Positions 48,343 to 57,330 of a stretch of 63,526 nt of DNA are shown piece by piece. Within the stretch, counting starts at the first letter, position 1; the number at the start of each line of letters is the position of its first letter. The position numbers were made by a program, and so were the translations under genes. The stretch is from Chlorobiota bacterium (lineage in GTDB: Bacteria; Bacteroidota; Ignavibacteria; Kapaibacteriales; NICIL-2), in assembly GCA_026416585.1 (NCBI GenBank), contig JAOAEV010000008.1, positions 1-63,526 on the forward strand, in the 5' to 3' direction. A model generated the notes under the pieces. That model was not told the origin of the DNA and did not search any database. It saw only the letters and a program-made list of their open reading frames with translations.

Positions 48343-49773
48343 ATGTATGACATCGTCCGAACAATCGACCCTGAGGTGTATGCGGTGCTCGTTGGTGAGT
48401 ACGAACGTCAGCGTGATAAAATTGAGCTGATCGCATCAGAAAACTTCACATCACCTGCTGTTATGCAAGCGCAAGGGAGCGTGTTGACGAACAAGTATGC
48501 AGAAGGCTATCCAGGACGCCGCTACTATGGCGGTTGCCAGTGGGTTGATGTAGCAGAAACACTCGCAATCGAGCGCGCAAAAAAACTATTTAGTGCCGAG
48601 TATGCTAATGTGCAGCCACACAGTGGGTCGAGCGCGAATATGGCGGTGTACTTCACATACCTCCAACCCGGCGATACAGTTCTCGGCATGGACTTAGCAC
48701 ACGGTGGACACTTGACGCATGGCTCACCGGTAAACTTCTCGGGGCGGATGTACAGATTCGTTGCCTATGGTGTGCATCCTGACACAGGCCGGATTGACTA
48801 CAACCAAGCCGAGCAGCTTGCACTCCAGCATCGTCCGAAGATGATCACCGTCGGGGCATCGGCGTATTCACGTGAGATTGACTTTGCAGCATTCCGACAA
48901 ATTGCCAATCGCGTCGGTGCATTTTTGATGGCCGACATTGCACATCCTGCTGGTCTGATTGCCACAGGGCTGCTGCAATCACCAATACCGTACTGTGATG
49001 TTGTCACCTCGACAACACACAAAACCCTTCGCGGCCCTCGGGGGGGCTTGATTCTGCTCGGTAAAAATGCAGAAAATCCCTTTGGTCAGGTTGCCCCAAA
49101 AAGCGGCCGGCTCAAAAAAATGGGCGAGCTGATTGATTCCTGGGTAATGCCCGGTATTCAGGGTGGACCGCTGATGCACGTCATCGCTGCAAAAGCTGTG
49201 GCGTTTGGTGAGTGTTTGCAAGAGTCGTTTACGGAATATGCTAAACAAGTCGTTCGGAATGCAAAAGCACTTGCTGAAGCTCTTATGGAGCGGGGGTACA
49301 CAATTGTCAGCGGTGGAACAGATAATCATCTCATGCTCGTTGATCTTCGTTCCAAAGGGATCACAGGCAAAGAAGCCGAAGAAGCTCTCGACCGCGCAGG
49401 AATCACATGTAACAAGAACGCAGTGCCGTTCGATACACAGCCACCTCTGGTAACCAGTGGAATTCGATTGGGTACACCAGCAATGACCACACGTGGCATG
49501 AAAGAACCAGAGATGCGTCAAATTGCCGAGTGGGTCGATCGTGCACTCCAAAATCGCTCTAATCCCGATGCACTTGAACATATCCGACTCAGTGTCCAAG
49601 ACTTCTGCCGTGCATATCCACTGTACCCCGATCTTGAGCGGCAACCGGTTGAAGAAACGCTCGACCAGCTAAAAGAGCACGCAAGCCGCACGGCAAAAAG
49701 TGTCGTCGAGAATGTCAGCACAGTCTTGGCAACGGTCAGCGAGCAGCTCAAAAAAGTTTCTCAACGACTGTAG
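48343..49773 (+). CDS. glyA: Serine hydroxymethyltransferase with C-terminal extension
   Basis: [35 protein letters not shown] (PLP Lys), SGIRLGTP; about 45 extra residues after YPLYPDL. Confidence 0.97.
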   Translation: MYDIVRTIDPEVYAVLVGEYERQRDKIELIASENFTSPAVMQAQGSVLTNKYAEGYPGRRYYGGCQWVDVAETLAIERAKKLFSAEYANVQPHSGSSANMAVYFTYLQPGDTVLGMDLAHGGHLTHGSPVNFSGRMYRFVAYGVHPDTGRIDYNQAEQLALQHRPKMITVGASAYSREIDFAAFRQIANRVGAFLMADIAHPAGLIATGLLQSPIPYCDVVTSTTHKTLRGPRGGLILLGKNAENPFGQVAPKSGRLKKMGELIDSWVMPGIQGGPLMHVIAAKAVAFGECLQESFTEYAKQVVRNAKALAEALMERGYTIVSGGTDNHLMLVDLRSKGITGKEAEEALDRAGITCNKNAVPFDTQPPLVTSGIRLGTPAMTTRGMKEPEMRQIAEWVDRALQNRSNPDALEHIRLSVQDFCRAYPLYPDLERQPVEETLDQLKEHASRTAKSVVENVSTVLATVSEQLKKVSQRL

Positions 49774-49781
49774 GTACCACC

Positions 49782-50024
49782 ATGGACTATTTTGATGCCT
49801 ACGAGGAAATCTATACCCGAATTGAGCGCTATATGCTCGAGCATGGGACGCTCCCGCATGCGCTGGTTGTATCGCCATCGTTGTATCAGTGGCTCTGCGA
49901 TTGCCGCAAAGAATCAGTCGAACAGCCTCATACCGACGATCTGATGTGGTTCGAGACCCCGCATGGGAAAATACGTCTTGTTATAGACGAACGGCTGGAC
50001 CCCTACGAAATTCTCACCGAATGA
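49782..50024 (+). CDS. 80-aa protein resembling an HK97 A-domain-only (family 4 / DUF1884-like) encapsulin
   Basis: The ORF itself is well supported (8 bp after glyA, fills the gap); family call is by eye from EI..RI....HG..P..LVVSP..Y.WL....I.LVIDE.L. Confidence 0.5.
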   Translation: MDYFDAYEEIYTRIERYMLEHGTLPHALVVSPSLYQWLCDCRKESVEQPHTDDLMWFETPHGKIRLVIDERLDPYEILTE

Positions 50025-50592
50025 TGCGCTTAGCGACTGCAATACCGAGCGGCGCAGAATCAGGAAAAACTGCAGTGTACTCGACGCACTCGTACTGATG
50101 TGGAGGAAGATCTCTACACCAGGCGATAACTGCCGCGGCTTCTTCTGCCCCACCTTCATGCCCACGATATGAAACAATCGTCATCGCACCACCTTCGGCA
50201 AGAACGCTGAGTGCTCTTCCAAGCGACGGGATCGTTGTTTCCAGGCGCGTGCGAATAGACTTATCACCACCAGGTAGATAGCCCAAGTTGTACATAATGG
50301 CGCGGAATTGGCTGACACCTTCTGCCGTAGCGATTCTGTCGATATGCTCATGAGATTCCACATAAAGCCGAATACAATCGCCGACTCCATGTGATTGCGC
50401 ATTGGCGCGTGCACTCGCAACAGCATGCTCCTGAATATCACACCCAATGACACGACCGGTAGGTCCGACACACTGTGCCATCATTACAAGATCATTGCCA
50501 TGCCCGACTGTTGCATCCAATGCACAGTCACCAGGACGTAGCACACCGCTGATGACCCAATGTGACCACTCGACAATAGATGGAAGAATCAT
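50014..50592 (-). CDS. mnmM: SAM-dependent methyltransferase, YtqB/MnmM family
   Basis: DATVGHGND, DIQ, YNLGYLPGGDKSIRT, YRGHEGG..E. Confidence 0.8.
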   Translation of the reverse strand: MILPSIVEWSHWVISGVLRPGDCALDATVGHGNDLVMMAQCVGPTGRVIGCDIQEHAVASARANAQSHGVGDCIRLYVESHEHIDRIATAEGVSQFRAIMYNLGYLPGGDKSIRTRLETTIPSLGRALSVLAEGGAMTIVSYRGHEGGAEEAAAVIAWCRDLPPHQYECVEYTAVFPDSAPLGIAVAKRIIR

Positions 50593-50616
50593 TGCATGCA
50601 ATTAATAGAACACAAA

Positions 50617-50624
50617 CAAAAATA
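50617..50624 (-). promoter_or_regulatory. -7 promoter element upstream of mnmM
   Basis: TATTTTTG on the minus strand. Confidence 0.45.
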
Positions 50625-50635
50625 TTATCGGAAGA

Positions 50636-51700
50636 TCACCGGGTAAATCTTGCTTGGTCAGTAAAACGGGCAACATCCCACTTATCAAGGCAATTGCAGC
50701 CCCTGACGATGCATGTAGTGAGCAGATCCGCAAGTCGCGGAGCCAACAGTAAACCACGCGAACCAAGACCATTGAATACCCACATCCCCTTCTGCACAGG
50801 ATGCTCACCAATAATCGGCCGCAAATCAGCAGTGATCGGACGAACTCCTGCCCAAGCACTACTGACCTGGAACTCGCAGTGTAAGAATGCCGACAGTTGC
50901 CTACAGAGATGTGCCGTGGTGTCTTCGGTCACAACCGGTTCGAGTAATGACCAATCGTAGGTAGAACCAAATGTAAACTGATTGCCTTCGATAATGAGAC
51001 TTTTGCCTGCAACACTGAGCCAGATTGGTTCTGTCGTGATGCGCGTGGGAAATATTCCCCGAATGCGCTGCCCACGGGCAAACATTCGCGGTACCCAGTC
51101 GAACCATCGGTTTGATGCAAGCCACGCACCGTCGCAGAAAACAACATGACGACAGCTGATACCACCAACTTCATACCCGCCACAGAAGGGCACTATATCG
51201 CATTCTCCAATTGTACGCTGCAAGTAAGTCGCGTTCATTGCACTGCGGAGTTGATCTGCGATCGCGTCGAGCACTCTTGCAGCACAGACGCGCGCAGCTC
51301 GGCGTATCTCGACCGTCGCTTGTGGCGGCTGCAGGTATGAAGCGATGCTATCGGGAAGTGTTGCCTCATGTGCTTGATCTGATTCGATAGCGAGCCGGCG
51401 TTTGCGCTGCCAAAATCGTAATTCATCGTCTCGATACAGTAGTCGGTAGCATGCAACTGGTTCGATGGCATCATAGGCGCCGTAAAAATTCCATGCAGCA
51501 CTCCACCATTGCTGCCACTGCTCGATGACCCCAAACCGTAAACCTGCCATGGTCGAGATTGCTCCTGCCCCGCGCGTAACTGCGGTGCGTTGTGGAGACT
51601 CGAACACAGCAATGCTGACGCCTTGCTCAAGCAACCTGCGAGCGAGTGTTGCGCCAGCGATACCGAAACCGATGATCACGACATCAGCCGATCGTGACAT
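50636..51700 (-). CDS. FAD-dependent oxidoreductase (DAO family, MnmC oxidase-domain-like)
   Basis: GFGIAG Rossmann motif, FGSTY, WAGVRP..DLRPIIG, NGLGSRGLL.AP; start moved to ATG 51700. Confidence 0.8.
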   Translation of the reverse strand: MSRSADVVIIGFGIAGATLARRLLEQGVSIAVFESPQRTAVTRGAGAISTMAGLRFGVIEQWQQWWSAAWNFYGAYDAIEPVACYRLLYRDDELRFWQRKRRLAIESDQAHEATLPDSIASYLQPPQATVEIRRAARVCAARVLDAIADQLRSAMNATYLQRTIGECDIVPFCGGYEVGGISCRHVVFCDGAWLASNRWFDWVPRMFARGQRIRGIFPTRITTEPIWLSVAGKSLIIEGNQFTFGSTYDWSLLEPVVTEDTTAHLCRQLSAFLHCEFQVSSAWAGVRPITADLRPIIGEHPVQKGMWVFNGLGSRGLLLAPRLADLLTTCIVRGCNCLDKWDVARFTDQARFTR

Positions 51701-51732
51701 GGAGAGTTGATATTGGTACAACCGCGCTGCAA

Positions 51733-51740
51733 TATATTTG
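51733..51740 (+). promoter_or_regulatory. -7 promoter element 6 nt before ATG 51747 (probable leaderless mRNA)
   Basis: TATATTTG. Confidence 0.55.
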
Positions 51741-51746
51741 CGCACA

Positions 51747-52166
51747 ATGAAGACAGCACATTTACTTGCACTGCTCTGCATCGCGGCGTTAGCTGCACGT
51801 GCAGCCGAGGTTGCGGTCGAGTATCTCAGCGCCCGCAGTGATGGTCGTTCGATCACCGTGGAGTGGAAGGCAGTCACCGAACGCGATGTATTTCGATATG
51901 ACATTGAACGTTCGACAGACAACCGTACGTGGGTATTGATTGCATCGCTCGATCCAAAGGGCAGTGGCACAGTCTATCGGTACGTTGACAGTGAGGTACT
52001 TGGCAAAGGCTCAGGTGATCCCTCTGCCGCGGGGCGTGTGTACTACTACCGTTTGCGTATCGTCGGAACCGATAATTCGGCCACACACACCTCTTCGACC
52101 GCCGTCACACACAACTTGAGCACCGTGCGCCGTACGTGGGGAATGATCAAGGAAATGTTCAAGTAG
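51747..52166 (+). CDS. Small secreted Ig/FN3-like protein ending in a TWGxIKxxF motif
   Basis: Signal peptide; VEWKAVTE...YDIERS...YRYVD...YYYRLRIV; C-terminus RRTWGMIKEMFK. Confidence 0.75.
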   Translation: MKTAHLLALLCIAALAARAAEVAVEYLSARSDGRSITVEWKAVTERDVFRYDIERSTDNRTWVLIASLDPKGSGTVYRYVDSEVLGKGSGDPSAAGRVYYYRLRIVGTDNSATHTSSTAVTHNLSTVRRTWGMIKEMFK

Positions 52167-52177
52167 TCCAGCACAAC

Positions 52178-53821
52178 GTGATTGATCGCTGGCTCCATCT
52201 TGGTATCGCGTGCATGATCCTTTTTGATGCGGTACTCGTGGCTGCTGACGAAATTCCTCATTATTCCTGTCTCGATCGGGTCCGAAGTAAAGCCCTACAC
52301 GTGCAAAGTCGCATTCGTCCACGCATGCAATTTTCGGTGCCATCTCCTTCGGGCAAGTTCCTTGTCCACTACGACACACTTGGCATCAATGCTGTAGCAA
52401 GTGGCGACCGCGATGGCAATGGGATTCCTGATTACGTAGACTCTGCAGCCTACTTCATGGATTCCGCCTATCGGTTTGCAATTGACACGCTCGGCTACCG
52501 CGAGCCACCGCGAGACTACGTGGACACTTCGTCGTGGGATGTCTATCTTGTTCAATTGGGGCGTGTACCAGGTTTCTTTTTCGATGACCGGGATCTCGGT
52601 CAGTTCGGTTGGTACGGTGCAACATTTGCCGAAGATTTAATTCCTCTTCCGTGCGGAGGATATGCCTCGACAGGCTTTATTTTTCTCGACAACGACTACA
52701 GCAGTCGCGATTCAATAGGAGCCACAACCAAACGGCGCACGTATCTCGACACTGGCACTGTTGCGTTGGCAATCACGTGCTATCATGAGTTTCATCACTT
52801 GGTGCAGTACGGCTACTTTTATGGAGAAAGTCCCACATTCTACGAGATGACGAGTGTATGGATTGAGCAGCGTGCTTTCCCAGAGATTCACAACTACGTG
52901 CAATATATCCGTCGCCTCTTTAGCAATCCGACACTTTACTGTCTCTCATGCGATCGGAGTATCGAAGGAAGCTATGGTTATTCAATCGCGATACGATTCC
53001 TGGCACTCCAGCTCGGCGATGATATTGTTCGCTCATGGTGGGATGGCATTGGTCGCTGCACCGCTGCACCGATTTCGCTCGACAGCGTCGTATCAGCACG
53101 CGGCAGACGATTTGAGGATCTCTGGTGTCAACTGCTGCCATGGCTATACTGGACGGGCTCGCGTGCAAAACATGGCTACTACAGCGACGCTGCAATCTTG
53201 CCAGAGCTGCAAACAGACAATAGCAGTGATGATTGGCAGTACACTGATCCCTCATGGATACGGACGATTTCGCTCTACCCGCTGCAATTCAAACTTCTCC
53301 GCGCAGTGCTACCAGCCGATCAGGCACGCTTGACACCAGATACTGTTGACTTCGTCGTCACCAACCCATCAGCTCGACAGCTTGCTACCGATCCTCGCAC
53401 AAGTATCGACTACACAGTGGGCATTGCTCGAACACCCCCTGGCGACCGCTTGGGCAATTCACACTACTATTGCACACGCCGAACCGAAACAAATTGCGAT
53501 ATACTCACGTTCCGTGGTGGATTGGAGACAACCACCCAACAAATCCCGACACCCAACCCTATCATTCGTTCCCGCAACCGAGAACTCACTCTTCCTGTTC
53601 CTTCATCGGCGCGCGCTGGCAGTAGCGTTACCATTCAGTTCCTCACAACCGAGGGGATTGAAGTCTATCGTACCACCGCAACAGTCGATGTACGCATCAA
53701 TAACCGCCGCAGCGTGACGATTTTAACGGATGACGGACAATTTCCGCGTCAGGGCGTGTTTATCGCTATCGTGCGCGCTGGCGATGACCACCTTGTGACG
53801 AAAATTGCTGTGCTGCCATGA
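52178..53821 (+). CDS. Secreted HExxH metalloprotease (MXAN_6640-like) with degenerate T9SS-type CTD
   Basis: SPSGKFLVHY, DRDGNGIPDYVD, LDNDY, HEFHH, downstream Glu in FYEMTS; C-terminal PTPNP...GVFI...KIAVL; GTG start assumed. Confidence 0.75.
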   Translation: MIDRWLHLGIACMILFDAVLVAADEIPHYSCLDRVRSKALHVQSRIRPRMQFSVPSPSGKFLVHYDTLGINAVASGDRDGNGIPDYVDSAAYFMDSAYRFAIDTLGYREPPRDYVDTSSWDVYLVQLGRVPGFFFDDRDLGQFGWYGATFAEDLIPLPCGGYASTGFIFLDNDYSSRDSIGATTKRRTYLDTGTVALAITCYHEFHHLVQYGYFYGESPTFYEMTSVWIEQRAFPEIHNYVQYIRRLFSNPTLYCLSCDRSIEGSYGYSIAIRFLALQLGDDIVRSWWDGIGRCTAAPISLDSVVSARGRRFEDLWCQLLPWLYWTGSRAKHGYYSDAAILPELQTDNSSDDWQYTDPSWIRTISLYPLQFKLLRAVLPADQARLTPDTVDFVVTNPSARQLATDPRTSIDYTVGIARTPPGDRLGNSHYYCTRRTETNCDILTFRGGLETTTQQIPTPNPIIRSRNRELTLPVPSSARAGSSVTIQFLTTEGIEVYRTTATVDVRINNRRSVTILTDDGQFPRQGVFIAIVRAGDDHLVTKIAVLP

Positions 53822-54489
53822 TTACGTTATCTCTCGACAGAATTGGACATCGATACGGGCACACGGAGGTATTTCGTAACATCACACTGTCAATCGAGCG
53901 CGGAACAATACTTGGATGCATCGGGCAAAACGGCAGTGGTAAATCTACCCTGTTGCGCATCATTGCAGGCTTGCTTTTCCCAACATTTGGACGGGTAACA
54001 CTCACATATGATAAACAATCTTCGAGTAATCCCTCGTGGCTGCGCAGCAAAAGCGGCTATTGCGCTCCACCAATTACGTTATATGAAGAATTGACCATTG
54101 CCGAGCAACTTGCCTTCCACTGTGCGTGCCGGTCACTTCCCGTTACAAGCGATCGCATCGAAACCATGCTCGATGAGTCAGGACTTGCACGATACAGAAA
54201 AACACGAATCGGAGAGCTATCATCCGGCATAGGACAACGACTCAAGCTGCTACTTGCATTTGTTGGTAATCCACCACTTATCATTCTCGATGAACCGAGT
54301 ACCAATCTCGATACTGCTGGCATTGAAACACTCCACACATGGATTGTGCACAGCGCCAGTTCGGCGATTATTATTATCGCCACAAATATCTCAACAGAGT
54401 TAGCGTGGTGCACTCACATGTTTGATGTCGAGCGCGGTCGATTTTCCCACGTCGTGATGAGTGATTGGGCACGTGCTGACCATGAATGA
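53818..54489 (+). CDS. ABC transporter ATP-binding protein (CcmA-like)
   Basis: GQNGSGKST, LSSGIGQRLKL, ILDEPSTNLD; no adjacent permease. Confidence 0.8.
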   Translation: MITLSLDRIGHRYGHTEVFRNITLSIERGTILGCIGQNGSGKSTLLRIIAGLLFPTFGRVTLTYDKQSSSNPSWLRSKSGYCAPPITLYEELTIAEQLAFHCACRSLPVTSDRIETMLDESGLARYRKTRIGELSSGIGQRLKLLLAFVGNPPLIILDEPSTNLDTAGIETLHTWIVHSASSAIIIIATNISTELAWCTHMFDVERGRFSHVVMSDWARADHE

Positions 54490-55601
54490 TAAGTGACCGC
54501 ATCCTGCCGTGCAGCTTGCCCAAGCCGCTGTCGAAGTTCAGCATTGTCCGCAAGCATAAGAATGGCATTTGCCAGCGACACTGCATCGCCAGGCTTACAC
54601 CACATCCCCGTTTGACCATCGCCAATAACCTCCGCTACCTGGCCAAGAGGAGTAGCGACAATCGCTTTCCCCATCGCCATATATTCGAATAGCTTTGTCG
54701 GTGAACCAAAGAATTCGCTCCCATCAGGATTAGGCAATGTTGGAACTGCTAAGATGTCGCATTCCGCCAAATAAGCTGGTACGCACTGGTGTGGTATGCG
54801 ACCGACGAAAGCGACAGATTGAGCAATGCCCCCACGATGGACAATCTCGACAACCCTGCCCAACATACCACCATCACCAACAAACACTCCACGCACTTGT
54901 GGTTGCCTCTCGATTGCGAGTACCAGAGCTTCGGCTAACACATCAGCGCCATGCCATGCGTCGAAAGTACCGACAAAACCTACCACGACAGCGTCGTGCC
55001 ACCCTCGCTGCTGTCGCACACCGTATGGCATAACATCAGGTGAAAATCGGTCAGTATTCACACCGTTAGGGATCACCACAACACGGGCAGGGTTAGCGCC
55101 TGCCTCGATAGCCATCTGCCGCATTGGCTCAGAAACGACCGTCACAAGGTCAGCACAACCGAGTGCGATACGTTCAGCAATGCCGAGCAAGCCCGGCATA
55201 TATGTTTTGCTCCAGTGGGTTTTCATCCATACTTCTGAGCCGTCGAATTGAAGGATGTATGGCACGCCATATCGCCGGAGAATCATCGCACCAGTGATAT
55301 TGTGGCTACTGTGCCGCTGATAGATAACATCCGGATTGAACTGTTCGAGCACCGGTACAATGCGCCGAACAACTCGCCCATTGTGCGCTATACTGAATAC
55401 TTCAGGTAAGTTCATCATGAGTCGGCTATACGGAATGGTATGCACCGGCACAGAATCATGTTCAGGGGCGGGACAGCTTGTAACGACTTCTACCTCAATA
55501 CCACATGCTGTCAATCCCTCTACGATGCCTCGTTGCATCGTGAATGAACCACCATCGGTAGTTGCACCGTAAAAATCCGTGCGGAGGTAGAGTAATCTCA
55601 T
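54414..55601 (-). CDS. Glycosyltransferase family 4
   Basis: IPNGV, VGFVG.F..WHG, SPTKLFEYMAMGK; ATGA overlap with the upstream gene. Confidence 0.9.
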   Translation of the reverse strand: MRLLYLRTDFYGATTDGGSFTMQRGIVEGLTACGIEVEVVTSCPAPEHDSVPVHTIPYSRLMMNLPEVFSIAHNGRVVRRIVPVLEQFNPDVIYQRHSSHNITGAMILRRYGVPYILQFDGSEVWMKTHWSKTYMPGLLGIAERIALGCADLVTVVSEPMRQMAIEAGANPARVVVIPNGVNTDRFSPDVMPYGVRQQRGWHDAVVVGFVGTFDAWHGADVLAEALVLAIERQPQVRGVFVGDGGMLGRVVEIVHRGGIAQSVAFVGRIPHQCVPAYLAECDILAVPTLPNPDGSEFFGSPTKLFEYMAMGKAIVATPLGQVAEVIGDGQTGMWCKPGDAVSLANAILMLADNAELRQRLGQAARQDAVTYHSWSARAQSLITTWENRPRSTSNM

Positions 55602-56023
55602 CGGCATACCGAACGATACCGCAACAACCGTAACCACCCCACCAGAATCGCTGCAAGACTGACAACCACCTCGAGCGCAAAAAGTGGCAATTCGACGGCC
55701 AGCAGACGTGACCAGCTAAAACAATCCGTGACTCCGCCTTCATCGGCAAACATCAGCCGCGATGAGCTTGCCACCGCAGCATAGAGCTTCCATATTGTGC
55801 GGAAGCGTTGAAAGGGAATGCTCTTAGTAGCAATAATAATTGTGCTGCTCCGCATGGAACGAAGCAGCTGAATCGCACGCTGCGGATTGGACACAATAAA
55901 ATCATGGACCGGTACAATCTGAGCAGCAGTAACACCACCAAGAGCAGCAAGAACTCGCTCGACACTACCGGACAGATGCACCAGCGCTACGTTCTGCAAT
56001 GGTTGCAATCGCTTATACGTCAT
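55598..56023 (-). CDS. Hypothetical protein with C-terminal TM segment
   Basis: Translationally coupled to the GT4 gene; TAACTTTG promoter element at 56049-56056 on the same strand. Confidence 0.6.
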   Translation of the reverse strand: MTYKRLQPLQNVALVHLSGSVERVLAALGGVTAAQIVPVHDFIVSNPQRAIQLLRSMRSSTIIIATKSIPFQRFRTIWKLYAAVASSSRLMFADEGGVTDCFSWSRLLAVELPLFALEVVVSLAAILVGWLRLLRYRSVCR

Positions 56024-56055
56024 CGCGCGTGACTTTCGATGGAGGATGCAAAGTT

Positions 56056-57330
56056 ATGACCAAGCATTTACAGCCGGCGCTTCCTCAGCGGCATCTTTAC
56101 AAACTGCTTGACCGCGTTCTGGGCACAATGTTCGATAGCGAAGAACAGCTTCTGAAAACCTTGGTACGGGACTTGGTCGAACGTGAAGAGTTTGCTGTTA
56201 TTGGTGCTCGCTTGTGGAAGCTCATCCCCGAACGCAACGCCTACCGCCTATTGTACCAGTATGGTGATGTGCAACACATCCCCGACAGCTACGAGCTGGA
56301 CATTTCCGAACAACCGACATTTGGAGCATTAGCAGAACGACGCACAGTGACTGACGTCGAAACTGATGCAATACTTCGAGAACGTGGTATTCGAATTTAT
56401 TCGGCAACAGGGGTCGGACGTTTGGTCAAGGTTAGAGGACAGAAGTTTTACGAGTATGTCATTGCAATCAATGCACCGGTTGTCGGGGACGAGCTGGCTT
56501 CGATGCTTGCGATTATCGGGAGTGCTGCATCGTCGGCATTGCAGAATTTGCGTCACCGTCGCGAGCGTGAGCAGCTCGCACGCGACCTCGATCGTGCCTC
56601 GGAAATCCAGCGATCGCTTCTGCCCGATCATACGGTTGAGTTTCTCGACTATATCGCTTATGGTATCTCCGTCCCCGATAGTGTCGTCGGAGGTGATTAT
56701 TTCGACTACCTTCGCCCAACTGATATGGAGGAAGAACAGCGTTTGAGTATTGTTGTCAGCGACGCAGCGAGCAAAGGCTTACCTGCAGCTGTGCAAGCGC
56801 TATTTGTTTCTGGTGCACTGCGAATGGGTATAACATACCACACGAAGATTTCTTCGCTCATTAGCAGACTCAATACGTTGGTGTACGAGACATTTCCGAA
56901 CGAGCGATTTGTGACGCTTTTTTACTGTGAGATCACTCCGTCAGCAAGCGGTCTTGTCCTCTACACAAATGCAGGACACTGTCCGGCACTGCACTACCAA
57001 GCTACAGAGGGACGCATCAATGTGCTCGAACCAACAGGACCGATTCTCGGCATTGCACCACACCAGCACTTTTCGGTCGAAAACATCAACATGCAATACG
57101 GAGACATTCTGCTTATTGTTACCGACGGTATTCTGGAAGCCCAAACTCCCGAAGGGCAACTGTATGGTGTGCAGCGTTTGGAAGAACACCTGCGCAACGC
57201 TGCATCAGAGCAGCCACACACAATTGCGATGCGAATCTTGGAAGACGTTCAGCATTTCAGTGCCGGAGCGCAATACTCCGACGATCGAACAATCGTTGTG
57301 CTCAAGCGTATCGCTCCTCAGGTGGTGTAG
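56056..57330 (+). CDS. PP2C/SpoIIE-family phosphatase (RsbU-like) with GAF-like N-terminus
   Basis: ASEIQRSLLP, VGGDYFD, DAASKGLPAA, NAGH, TDGILE, DDRT. Confidence 0.9.
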   Translation: MTKHLQPALPQRHLYKLLDRVLGTMFDSEEQLLKTLVRDLVEREEFAVIGARLWKLIPERNAYRLLYQYGDVQHIPDSYELDISEQPTFGALAERRTVTDVETDAILRERGIRIYSATGVGRLVKVRGQKFYEYVIAINAPVVGDELASMLAIIGSAASSALQNLRHRREREQLARDLDRASEIQRSLLPDHTVEFLDYIAYGISVPDSVVGGDYFDYLRPTDMEEEQRLSIVVSDAASKGLPAAVQALFVSGALRMGITYHTKISSLISRLNTLVYETFPNERFVTLFYCEITPSASGLVLYTNAGHCPALHYQATEGRINVLEPTGPILGIAPHQHFSVENINMQYGDILLIVTDGILEAQTPEGQLYGVQRLEEHLRNAASEQPHTIAMRILEDVQHFSAGAQYSDDRTIVVLKRIAPQVV

